A stretch of 64,000 bases of DNA from Candidatus Altiarchaeota archaeon (GTDB taxonomy: Archaea > Altiarchaeota > Altiarchaeia > IMC4 > SCGC-AAA252-I15), in NCBI GenBank assembly GCA_043800255.1, contig JAZDNF010000006.1:3901-67900 (forward strand). Direction: 5' to 3'. The position numbers and the translations under genes are program-made. Shown in pieces: positions 45,974-54,339 of this stretch; the stretch's first letter is position 1, and the number at the start of each line of letters is the position of its first letter. The notes beneath the pieces were generated by a model. It was not told where the DNA came from and made no database searches. It saw nothing but the letters and a program-made list of their open reading frames with translations.

Positions 45974-46408
45974 TCACCATATGTTGAAGAGGGTTATGCC
46001 ATCGACTTTAACGCCTCTGCCGGAGGTGTAGGACAGGACTCCCTTGAGCTTCACGTCCTTTCCTAAGTCTTCATTGTGGAGTTCTGCCGTGAGTTCGCCG
46101 CACTCTTCCGTCGGCGGAGACGGCGGGTTGATGACAGATATCTCGTCAAATGCTGTATAATGCCTGTTCAGTTCGTCGAAGACGTGAACCGTCAGCCGCA
46201 CGTCCCTTATGGCGGCAGGGCCGCCATTGCAGACGTCAGCGGAGCAGATGACATCAGGAGGATGCAGGTAACAGTCGAATTTTTTCATATAAGGCTCGGA
46301 GACCGCGGGCATGTTTGCAGAGTAGGTTCCACGAGAAAAAAGCGCCAGTATTAATATGACAAGAGACAATACTACAACCGCGGGCACAACGTATTTCCTT
46401 GAGTCCAT
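45974..46408 (-). CDS. Small membrane-anchored hypothetical protein (144 aa).
   Basis: N-terminal TM helix VVPAVVVLSLVILILALF, then a Cys-containing extracellular domain. Confidence 0.45.
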   Translation of the reverse strand: MDSRKYVVPAVVVLSLVILILALFSRGTYSANMPAVSEPYMKKFDCYLHPPDVICSADVCNGGPAAIRDVRLTVHVFDELNRHYTAFDEISVINPPSPPTEECGELTAELHNEDLGKDVKLKGVLSYTSGRGVKVDGITLFNIW

Positions 46409-46496
46409 GATAGTAAATCGCTATTTTTATTTATTAATGATAATATCAATATCTTATTTCGTTTGATGATCCGATGACTTCATGGAGGTGACGTTT

Positions 46497-46856
46497 ATGG
46501 GTTATGTTAAGTTCGAGGCTCCGGCCGACCTTGTTGAGAAGGCGCTTGACGCGCTCGAGGCAGCCAGAGACGGCGGAAAAGTGAGGAAAGGCACCAACGA
46601 GGTGACCAAGGCAGTAGAACGCGGGAACGCCAAGCTTGTTCTGATAGGCAGCGATGTTGAGCCCCCTGAGATCGTCATGCACCTGCCTATGCTGTGCGAC
46701 GAGAAGGAGATACCCTACATCTACGTCAAGAAGGCCGAGATAGGTGATGCCGTCGGCATACACGTGCCAACCGCTGCCGCAGTAATAGTGGAGGAGAGCA
46801 AGAACAAGGACATGCTCTCGGACATTATTGAAAAGCTTAAGGAGATCAGAAAATAA
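46497..46856 (+). CDS. rpl7ae: 50S ribosomal protein L7Ae (eL8 / K-turn binding).
   Basis: [43 protein letters not shown]... GGAGGTG lies 6-12 nt upstream of ATG 46497. The track's 46482 start is an upstream in-frame ATG. Confidence 0.9.
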   Translation: MGYVKFEAPADLVEKALDALEAARDGGKVRKGTNEVTKAVERGNAKLVLIGSDVEPPEIVMHLPMLCDEKEIPYIYVKKAEIGDAVGIHVPTAAAVIVEESKNKDMLSDIIEKLKEIRK

Positions 46857-46857
46857 C

Positions 46858-47046
46858 ATGGTAGACGCAGAAGTCGTTAAGATAATCGGCAGGACAGGCA
46901 TCTACGGGGAGGTAATCCAGGTGATGTGCAAGGTCCTCGAAGGGGAGAACACTGGCAGAGTAATCAGGAGAAACGTCAGAACCCCCGTCAAGGAGGGCGA
47001 CATACTGGACCTCAGGGAGACTGAGAGGGAGTCCAAACCGCTGTAA
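46858..47046 (+). CDS. rps28e: 30S ribosomal protein S28e.
   Basis: 62 aa, MVDAEVVKIIGRTGIYGEVIQVMCKVLEGENTGRVIRRNVRTPVKEGDILDL. Coordinates taken from the track; the track's 46828 start is an upstream TTG. Confidence 0.9.
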   Translation: MVDAEVVKIIGRTGIYGEVIQVMCKVLEGENTGRVIRRNVRTPVKEGDILDLRETERESKPL

Positions 47047-47047
47047 G

Positions 47048-47422
47048 ATGGAAAAGTGCGAATTTTGCGGTGGCGGAATCCAGCCTGGAACAGGCAGCAT
47101 TTTCGTGACCGTCAAAGGCAAGGCCTATCATTTCTGCTCCAACAAGTGCGAGAAGAACATGCTCAAGCTCAAGAGGAAGCCTAGGAAGACGAAGTGGACT
47201 GCAGAGTACAGGAAGGAGAAGGCCATACGGGTTAAATCACTGAAGGACGCTGAGAGGCCTGCTGAGAAGGCGGTCAAGGAGGAGAAGGCCGAAGACGTTA
47301 AGAAGGAGGAGAAGCCTGCTGAGAAAGCCCATAAGAAGCCTGAGAAGGAAGAGACTAAGACAGACAAGAAGGTCAAAAAGACCAAAACAAAGAAGGCTAA
47401 AAAGGAAGGCAGTAGAAAATGA
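47048..47422 (+). CDS. rpl24e: 50S ribosomal protein L24e with a Lys-rich C-terminal extension.
   Basis: MEKCEFCGGGIQPGTGSIFVTVKGKAYHFCSNKCEKNM... zinc ribbon, then a KE-rich tail. Confidence 0.9.
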   Translation: MEKCEFCGGGIQPGTGSIFVTVKGKAYHFCSNKCEKNMLKLKRKPRKTKWTAEYRKEKAIRVKSLKDAERPAEKAVKEEKAEDVKKEEKPAEKAHKKPEKEETKTDKKVKKTKTKKAKKEGSRK

Positions 47423-47865
47423 AGACGCTGTTTATCGTAAAACCGTGGGCAGTGCAGAGAGGCCTCGTCGGTGAGATAGTGGCAAGGTTCGAGAGACACG
47501 GCCTCAGGATTTCCGGGCTGAAGGTCGTGTCCGTCACCAAGAAACAGGCTGAGCGCCTCTATTCTGTTCACAAGGGAAAACCATTCTACAAGTCCCTGAT
47601 AGACCACATAACCTCGTCCCCAGTCGTTGTCGGCGTCTTGGACACGGACGTGCTGGACACGGACGCGGCAATCGCCCTCGTGAGGAAGGTTGTCGGCGCG
47701 ACAGACCCTGCCAAAGCCCAGATGGGCACGATAAGGGGCGACTTCGGGATGAGGATAGACCGGAACGTCATACACGCGTCAGACTCAAAAAAATCGGCAG
47801 AATACGAGCTTCCCATATTCTTCAAAAAAAGCGAGCTCGTAACCTACAAGAAGGTGACCTTATAA
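47419..47865 (+). CDS. ndk: Nucleoside diphosphate kinase.
   Basis: ...TLFIVKPWAVQRGLVGEIVARFERHGL...GTIRGDFG...NVIHASDS..., the NDK signature. Confidence 0.9.
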   Translation: MKTLFIVKPWAVQRGLVGEIVARFERHGLRISGLKVVSVTKKQAERLYSVHKGKPFYKSLIDHITSSPVVVGVLDTDVLDTDAAIALVRKVVGATDPAKAQMGTIRGDFGMRIDRNVIHASDSKKSAEYELPIFFKKSELVTYKKVTL

Positions 47866-47866
47866 G

Positions 47867-48280
47867 ATGACAACAGTCTATGACACACCAGGAGGAAAGC
47901 TGATAAGCAAGGCGGCTGAGGACCTCAAAGGGAAGATAAAAAAGCCGGCTTGGGCTGACTCCGTGAAAACCGGACCGAACAGGATGAGGATGCCTGACAG
48001 CCCCGACTGGTACTACCACAGGACGGCTTCCGTCCTGAGGAAGATATACCTGAAAGGCCCCATCGGCGTCCAGAAGCTCAGGGTCATGTACGGCTCGAAG
48101 AAGAGCAGAGGGCACAAGCCTGAGGAATTCAGGAAATCAGGCGGCAAAGCCATAAGGTCAGTGCTGATAGAATTGGACAAGCTAGGATTCACCGAAAAGT
48201 TCGAGAGAAATGGGAGAAGGATAACGTCCAAGGGCAGGTCGTACCTGGACAAGATGGCATCCAGCCTAAAAAATGGGTGA
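47867..48280 (+). CDS. rps19e: 30S ribosomal protein S19e.
   Basis: 137 aa, MTTVYDTPGGKLISKAAEDLK...PDWYYHRTASVLRKIYL... S19e pattern. Confidence 0.9.
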   Translation: MTTVYDTPGGKLISKAAEDLKGKIKKPAWADSVKTGPNRMRMPDSPDWYYHRTASVLRKIYLKGPIGVQKLRVMYGSKKSRGHKPEEFRKSGGKAIRSVLIELDKLGFTEKFERNGRRITSKGRSYLDKMASSLKNG

Positions 48281-48599
48281 TATTGAGGAGCTGAGGAGAC
48301 GGAGGCTGCAGCAGCTCACGCGGCAGCAGTCTCAGGAGCAGCTTCAACAGGATCTCCAGCAGAGGGAGATGGAGCGGCAGATAAAGCTGATTGTTGACAA
48401 GATTCTGACGCCTCAGGCTAAGGAGCGCCTAGGCAACATAAGAGCAGCCCGCCCGGAGTATGCCCGCCAGATTGAGATACTCATGATACAGCTCGCCCAG
48501 AACGGCAGGCTCCCGAAGCAGATTGACGACATTCAGCTGAAGGAGATCCTGAAGCAGATCTCTGAGAAGAAGCGAGACACGAAAATCTCGTTCAGATGA
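48273..48599 (+). CDS. DNA-binding protein of the PDCD5/TFAR19 family.
   Basis: 108 aa, ...RRRRLQQL...ILTPQAKERLGNIRAARPEYARQIEILMIQLAQNGRLP..., a conserved archaeal PDCD5-like pattern. It sits immediately after the S19e gene, as is typical in Euryarchaeota. Confidence 0.75.
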   Translation: MGDIEELRRRRLQQLTRQQSQEQLQQDLQQREMERQIKLIVDKILTPQAKERLGNIRAARPEYARQIEILMIQLAQNGRLPKQIDDIQLKEILKQISEKKRDTKISFR

Positions 48600-49198
48600 T
48601 AAAGACCCTCATATTCGACCTGGGAGGTGTCCTCTTTTCCAACGGCACCGGAGCCGCCGTCAAACTGATAAGCGAGGGATACAGTATAGACGAGGATAAG
48701 GTTTCCTCAGTCCTCAGGGGGGAACTTGGCAACAGCTACAGGCGCGGTGAGTTAAACTTCGATGAATTCTGGGAGAAAGCTAAAAGCGCATGGAATTGTG
48801 ACGCCGACCCTGATGAGCTGGCTAGGATATGGGACGGATGCTTCGTAATCAACGACTCTGTTTCTGACATCATAGGCAGATTGAATCGGGAAGGCTATGA
48901 GCTCCTTTACCTGTCCAACAACAGAGTAGGCACCGTCAGCTTCCTGGAAGGCAGGTACGATTTCCTGCGCATGTTCAAAGACGGTGTATTCTCCTTCGAT
49001 GTCGGTTTCATAAAACCTGACCCCCGAATCTACAGGGCGCTGTTGGAGAAGACCTCCAGCAGGCCGGAAGAGTGCGTATTCATAGACGACAAAGCAGAGA
49101 ACCTGAAACCTGCCGAAAAACTGGGGATGAGAACAATACACTTCGGAGAGGATACGGATATCACAGACGAGTTAAACAGACTTGGAGTAGGCCTCTAA
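48596..49198 (+). CDS. HAD-superfamily hydrolase.
   Basis: Motif I FDLGGVLF; a later FIDD motif; 200 aa. Confidence 0.75.
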   Translation: MIKTLIFDLGGVLFSNGTGAAVKLISEGYSIDEDKVSSVLRGELGNSYRRGELNFDEFWEKAKSAWNCDADPDELARIWDGCFVINDSVSDIIGRLNREGYELLYLSNNRVGTVSFLEGRYDFLRMFKDGVFSFDVGFIKPDPRIYRALLEKTSSRPEECVFIDDKAENLKPAEKLGMRTIHFGEDTDITDELNRLGVGL

Positions 49199-49200
49199 GA

Positions 49201-50367
49201 TCAGAGTTCTCCTAATTCTTTGTCGAGCTCTTCTTCCTCAAGCGCGGGCTCTTCAGCAGCCCCTTCCTTTTTCTCAGGCTCCTCGAACTCATAGCCTAGT
49301 TCGCCTAGGAGCTCCTCGCCTTCATCGCCTTTCTTCTTCCATCTCTTAGAAGCCACTATAGCACCACCAAATATGCAGACGCCGAGGATTATCACAGCCC
49401 AGTTGGACCTCGTGAAGGGCCCGATCTTGCCCTTCTGTATTGTCTCAAGCTCCTCGTTGACTGATGCCACTTCCTGAGTCAAGAGCATGTTCTCGCCCTC
49501 CAGAACCTTTATCTGAGCCTTGAACTGGTCGATCTGCTGCTCAAGCCTCAACTTCTCAAGCTTCAGCTCTCCGATGAGTATTTCAACCTCCGGGTTTGAG
49601 ACGTTCTCTGTGGTAGGGATTACGGTTATGCTCAGCCAGTCGACTATGTTGAGGCCGAACTGCAGATTATCGTATTTGTCGATGTACTTGTCTGTGAGCA
49701 TGTCAATGTCAGACAATGTGAAGACGAGGCCGTTCCCGAAGATGGCGGCTCCTGCTATGGGGGGCATGCTCCCAGACGTGAAAGATAATGTGTCAGAGTA
49801 TGTGTCCTGGTCGCCGGTCGCTATGGCGTAGGAGTTTCCGGAGAGCTTCAGGCCGTGTCCCTTGTAGAAGCCCAGCTGAGACACGCCTTGTATCGTAACC
49901 CTGGACGTCGGCACCAGATTGAACCGGTCAACTATGAAATTCTGTATCTGCTCTTCGGGTATGGTATCTGTTGAATCTATGAGTATGCCGTCGTCCATTA
50001 TCATGCCGAATGGGCTCATAATCTGGTTCGCGTTAGCAGGCTCGCCGCCGAGTATGAAGACGCCGCCCCCTTTTGTGAGCACGAACCATAGGACTGCGGA
50101 AAGTTCCTCGGTTTTCAGGGGCTTCCCAGGGTGGATTATCAGGATGTCATATTCCGCCAGCCGGTCCTCTGATAGCTCACCCCGCGTCATCGACGCCATC
50201 TCATACCCCTTGTCAGAGAGGCGGGCGGCAAACTTTGAAAGTCCGCTGCTTATCTTATAGGTTTCGGGCGTGCTTACCTCGTAGAAGAGTATTCTTGCAG
50301 CTGATGAGGATGATGACAGGATAATCGATACAATGATCGTAAAGTGTAAAATATGCCTTATCTTCAC
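49201..50367 (-). CDS. Secreted / membrane-anchored protein (388 aa) with a coiled-coil, a C-terminal TM helix and an acidic cytoplasmic tail.
   Basis: Signal peptide; ...LEKLRLEQQIDQFKAQIKVLEGENMLLTQEVASVNEELE coiled coil; TM AVIILGVCIFGGAIVA; acidic EE-rich tail. Confidence 0.5.
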   Translation of the reverse strand: MKIRHILHFTIIVSIILSSSSSAARILFYEVSTPETYKISSGLSKFAARLSDKGYEMASMTRGELSEDRLAEYDILIIHPGKPLKTEELSAVLWFVLTKGGGVFILGGEPANANQIMSPFGMIMDDGILIDSTDTIPEEQIQNFIVDRFNLVPTSRVTIQGVSQLGFYKGHGLKLSGNSYAIATGDQDTYSDTLSFTSGSMPPIAGAAIFGNGLVFTLSDIDMLTDKYIDKYDNLQFGLNIVDWLSITVIPTTENVSNPEVEILIGELKLEKLRLEQQIDQFKAQIKVLEGENMLLTQEVASVNEELETIQKGKIGPFTRSNWAVIILGVCIFGGAIVASKRWKKKGDEGEELLGELGYEFEEPEKKEGAAEEPALEEEELDKELGEL

Positions 50368-50497
50368 TTTTTATCCCTTAAATATTGCGGTTGGACAATA
50401 AAAGTCGTATATGGACGCCCAACCATCCGTTCTCAGCCTGCTGAAATTCACAAGAATACACGCTGTCATGGGCAGAGCAGGCCTAGGTAGGACGTCT

Positions 50498-51175
50498 TCA
50501 CCCCAGTGACAGCTTCACGTGGCTGATGCTGGGGCCAGCAGGATCTATAACTACGGCATTGCCGTGGGAGAGCATCCCGACATTCAACACCCTCGTCTTC
50601 CCTATGAGGTCATCCTTGCCTGCTGACTCGTGTATGTGAGACGAGACATTAGCTATCGGCTGCTTATCCTCCAGGAATTTCCTCAATGCGGAGGACCCGA
50701 CGTGGGCTCCGCCAGGTATCATATCGCATTTAGTGTCTTTCGGCGGGAAATGCGTTAACACTATCGTCTTACCTGCTTTCGACTTATCCCAGACGCTGTC
50801 AAGCTTCTCCCGTATCTCATTCTCAGACAGCTCGAATGGCGTTCCGAAAGGCGTTGAATTGCTGCCGCCGAGCCCTATGAACCTTATTCCGTCAATCGTG
50901 ACCGCCTTCTCGTGGAAGTTCACCCCGTTTTTTTCGAAGATGTCTATCACAAACTTTTGGTCGCAGTTTCCTGGGAGAGCGTAGACTTTCGCATCCTCTT
51001 TCAGCAGGTCGATGGCGTATTCGACGTCTATCTTGTTCTCTTTGGGGTCCTTGAAGCCGACGCTGTAGTCGCCCAGAAGGAAAACACATCCTATGCCGTC
51101 GTCTACGACGTAGTCTCTGACTTTTATGAGAGTCTTCTGGTCACCGTGAATGTCCGACACGCATATGATTTTCAT
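50498..51175 (-). CDS. Calcineurin-like metallophosphoesterase.
   Basis: MKIICVSDIHGD...VFLLGDY...LPGNCD...GGSN... metallophosphatase motifs. Confidence 0.8.
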   Translation of the reverse strand: MKIICVSDIHGDQKTLIKVRDYVVDDGIGCVFLLGDYSVGFKDPKENKIDVEYAIDLLKEDAKVYALPGNCDQKFVIDIFEKNGVNFHEKAVTIDGIRFIGLGGSNSTPFGTPFELSENEIREKLDSVWDKSKAGKTIVLTHFPPKDTKCDMIPGGAHVGSSALRKFLEDKQPIANVSSHIHESAGKDDLIGKTRVLNVGMLSHGNAVVIDPAGPSISHVKLSLG

Positions 51176-51209
51176 CGTATTTTACTATTTGATGGAAAAT
51201 TAATAAACC

Positions 51210-51983
51210 ATGGCATCGCTGACTTTCCTCGGGACCGGCGGCGGAAGGTATGTGATACTCTCCCAAAGGAGGCACTCCGGCGGAATCTGGCTCGACCTTG
51301 GTAAAAGAATCATAGTGGACCCAGGGCCCGGGGCCCTAGTGAGGGCTATAGAGGGGGGGAAGGATCCCATGAAACTGGATGCTGTCCTCGTCTCCCACAA
51401 CCACCTAGACCACTACAATGACGCTGAGGTCATGATAGAGGCGATGACGCACGGCCTCAAGAGGAGGAGAGGCTTCTTCGCAGCCCCTGAGAGCGCGCTA
51501 GCGTATATTTCAGAATATCATAGGGAGTCCGCGGACGTGAGAAGCGTCAGAGCCGGCGATGTTTTCGCAGTTGGCGATATTACAGCCGAGGCTCTGCCGA
51601 CGGCAGGCCACGCCGACGGCATCGGCTTCAGGTTCAAGACAGGAGACGTCGACATCGTCTACTCCTCAGACACCGGATTCTCGCAGGAGCTTGCCAGCTC
51701 TTACAGAGGAGCGAAGACCCTGATACTGAACGTCATCTTCCCCTCGGGGAAGCCGATAAAATCCCACCTCAACACCGACTCAGCCATAGAGGTTGTGAAG
51801 ACAGCAAAACCAGAACTGTGCGTCATCACCCACTTCGGCATCACCATGCTCAACGCAGACCCGGAAAAACAGGCAGCCAGGATACAGGCTGAAACAGGCA
51901 TAAAGACCATAGCAGCAACAGACGGGATGACAATAGACTTAGAACACCCCACAGAGGAACAGCACAAACTGGAAGGCTTTTAG
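51210..51983 (+). CDS. Metallo-beta-lactamase fold hydrolase.
   Basis: VLVSHNHLDHYND is the HxHxDH motif. A later TAGHADG supplies a further His. Confidence 0.8.
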   Translation: MASLTFLGTGGGRYVILSQRRHSGGIWLDLGKRIIVDPGPGALVRAIEGGKDPMKLDAVLVSHNHLDHYNDAEVMIEAMTHGLKRRRGFFAAPESALAYISEYHRESADVRSVRAGDVFAVGDITAEALPTAGHADGIGFRFKTGDVDIVYSSDTGFSQELASSYRGAKTLILNVIFPSGKPIKSHLNTDSAIEVVKTAKPELCVITHFGITMLNADPEKQAARIQAETGIKTIAATDGMTIDLEHPTEEQHKLEGF

Positions 51984-52008
51984 ACTTCCTCCTTCCTAAT
52001 AGTAACTG

Positions 52009-53025
52009 ATGGTTGAGACCAAGACTTCTGGAAAGTATGAAAGCCTTCGAGATATAAGAGATAGGTTCAGGAATCTGCCAGAACCTAAGACTACCGATCA
52101 GAGGATAAGCAAAGTAGCAGCTGATATCTCTGAGACGTTAGTAAGGGGCCTGGAGGGGAAATCCGGTGAGGAAATCGCCAGAATCCTGAAAGTCTGGGAG
52201 CAGCCGGGGTTCAAGAACTGGATTGGAACCAACCCTGAACTTCTCTTAACCCGTTACCTGGTCGGGGAAAACTGGGAGAAATACTCGCATAATCTGAAGA
52301 ATATTATGACAGGAGTCCAAGGCGGCGTATGGATGATACAAGAGCTTTCAAGTCCGGGCTCAAAGTATGCGGAAAAACAGACTCCAGAGGAGAGGCTGAG
52401 GAGGGTGAACGATACTGCAAACGATGTGATGCAGTTTGTCGGCGATGTTTGGACCGTAGTCCAGTCGATGAACATTGCGATGGCCGCGGGAAAGACAACG
52501 CGCAAAGAGGACGTCAACGTCAATGAGCTCCTGAAGAGGCCTTACAAAGCGTCCATACACTCTGCCCTCATACAGGAGGACCGGCTGGAACCTAGATGGA
52601 AGCTGGATAAGGAACTGCCAAAAATCAGAACAGACCCGACACTCTTAGAGGCTGTGCTGATTAACGTCTTCATGAACTCAGCGCATGCTATGGAGAACAC
52701 GAAAGAGAAGAAGCTTCATATGAAAACCTCCAGGGAGGGAAATTTCGCGAAGATTGAGATCAAAGACTCAGGGTACGGGTTCAACCCTGAAGAGAAGGTC
52801 AACCAAGAGGGCGAACCAGACCCCAGAGGCAAACAGACGAAAAAAGAGTGGATTATGGGACTCTTTAACACCACCAAAGGGCCCAGAGGCACCGGCATGG
52901 GACTGTTTATTTCCAACAGCGTGATAACAACCCTCGGCGGCACATTCGACATAAACAGCGAAGGCAAAGGAAAAGGCGCGACAGTAACGATAAAACTGCC
53001 AGTAACACAGACTACTCGACAGTAA
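52009..53025 (+). CDS. Histidine-kinase-like ATPase (HATPase_c) protein with a novel soluble N-terminal region.
   Basis: N box ...VLINVFMNSAHAM; G1 IKDSGYGF; G2 GTGMGLFIS. No TM segments. No clear H-box. Confidence 0.6.
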   Translation: MVETKTSGKYESLRDIRDRFRNLPEPKTTDQRISKVAADISETLVRGLEGKSGEEIARILKVWEQPGFKNWIGTNPELLLTRYLVGENWEKYSHNLKNIMTGVQGGVWMIQELSSPGSKYAEKQTPEERLRRVNDTANDVMQFVGDVWTVVQSMNIAMAAGKTTRKEDVNVNELLKRPYKASIHSALIQEDRLEPRWKLDKELPKIRTDPTLLEAVLINVFMNSAHAMENTKEKKLHMKTSREGNFAKIEIKDSGYGFNPEEKVNQEGEPDPRGKQTKKEWIMGLFNTTKGPRGTGMGLFISNSVITTLGGTFDINSEGKGKGATVTIKLPVTQTTRQ

Positions 53026-53034
53026 CGCTCTTCG

Positions 53035-54300
53035 CTAGGTTCTTTTCTCGAACTCTTTGTTTACTAGGTCAACCATCTTGTCTGGATTGAAATCTCCTTT
53101 GTACCAGGAGCCTGATATGAGGCCTGCGTTTTCCAGTTCTTTTATCTGATTTTTGTATCTATTGTAGTCGCTTGAGTATATCATACATATTACCGTGTTT
53201 GGCCAGCGTTTGTGTATCTCCCTTATCAAGTCAATTCCCGTCTTCTTTCCTGCGAGCTCCACATCCGCAAGCAGTAAGTCCGGGGCTTTTCCACTTTGTT
53301 CTATAAGATCTAGCGCACGCTCCGCGCTCCGATAGCAACCTATATCCTCCTGTTCCCTCTGGCTCTTGTCTTGTGCTTCATTCCCCTTCTGAGGCCGATA
53401 CATCGTTAGATTTTTGATTTTTTCTTCAGCATTGAAAAAGAATAGCTGATGCAAAGGATTGTCTTCTACCACCATCAGAGTCGCAGATTTTATGAGAGGT
53501 TTGGTTGGCTTTAGACTGTCCTTGATGCTGGATGTTGCGTGATATTTGATTACGTTTATGTCTCCTGGCTGACCGAATGCATGCTCGATGTCACATGGCA
53601 CTGGCTCCCCCATCTTTCTCGAGTATTCATCCTCATCTGATATGCTCATCAGCGGAGTATGTTTTTTACGGAATCTCCAAGCTATCTCATCCATTCCCCA
53701 AATTATGTCCGCAAAGTCGACTCTTGACTTACTTAATGCATCCTGCGATACTTTCTTTATGTTCTTCCAGAAGTCAACGTATATCTCCTCGTTTGGGTAT
53801 TTTGTCTTTATCTCTTCAAGAACGTCTGGTTTCTCTATGAATCGCGACCACGCTTGCCCCCGGATAAGCGGCATTACAGTGTGCATTATCTCTTTGGCAT
53901 CCCCAGTTTTGGGCTTGACTTCGTCCTCTATCTGCTGTGCGAAGCATGTGTGCAGTATCGGTCTCCTGATGAGGTTGCCCAAATCGGTTGTTAGAAGAAA
54001 CAAGACATCGTCGCGGGTGAATTCCATGTCAGGGAATCTCTTGTCTCTGAGGAAATCGTATATCATCTCGAATGTTTTGAAACTCTCGGTCTGCTCTTCC
54101 TTCGGGAGGGCGTTCAACTTCTTAAAAAGCGGCTGAAAGAACGCGCCGAACTTCGTACCTCCATGGAAGACCTTTCTAGCCTCAGAAGCGAAAGGATGAC
54201 TGCCGGGCACAATATCATGCGGGAAATCGTGAATTGGGACCTTCTCGTGAATGCTGGGAGTCTCAGGAGCACGAGACTTTTTCTGCTTCTCCTCGACCAT
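53035..54300 (-). CDS. Protein with a C-terminal receiver (REC)-like domain and an unknown N-terminal domain, 421 aa.
   Basis: ...ATLMVVEDNP... then ...PDLLLADVELAGKKTGIDLIREIHKRWPNTVICMIYSSD..., a REC-like acidic pocket and phospho-acceptor Asp pattern with an atypical insertion. Convergent with the HATPase gene. Confidence 0.5.
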   Translation of the reverse strand: MVEEKQKKSRAPETPSIHEKVPIHDFPHDIVPGSHPFASEARKVFHGGTKFGAFFQPLFKKLNALPKEEQTESFKTFEMIYDFLRDKRFPDMEFTRDDVLFLLTTDLGNLIRRPILHTCFAQQIEDEVKPKTGDAKEIMHTVMPLIRGQAWSRFIEKPDVLEEIKTKYPNEEIYVDFWKNIKKVSQDALSKSRVDFADIIWGMDEIAWRFRKKHTPLMSISDEDEYSRKMGEPVPCDIEHAFGQPGDINVIKYHATSSIKDSLKPTKPLIKSATLMVVEDNPLHQLFFFNAEEKIKNLTMYRPQKGNEAQDKSQREQEDIGCYRSAERALDLIEQSGKAPDLLLADVELAGKKTGIDLIREIHKRWPNTVICMIYSSDYNRYKNQIKELENAGLISGSWYKGDFNPDKMVDLVNKEFEKRT

Positions 54301-54339
54301 AGATTATAATAGACTACAGAAGATTAAGTATTGTTCAAC

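Noticed and set aside
46801-46925. Apparent 1-nt coordinate inconsistency between my hand indexing and the track around the L7Ae/S28e junction
   Set aside because: The track coordinates give correct L7Ae and S28e translations. I attribute the discrepancy to my own transcription or indexing error and used the track-derived coordinates.
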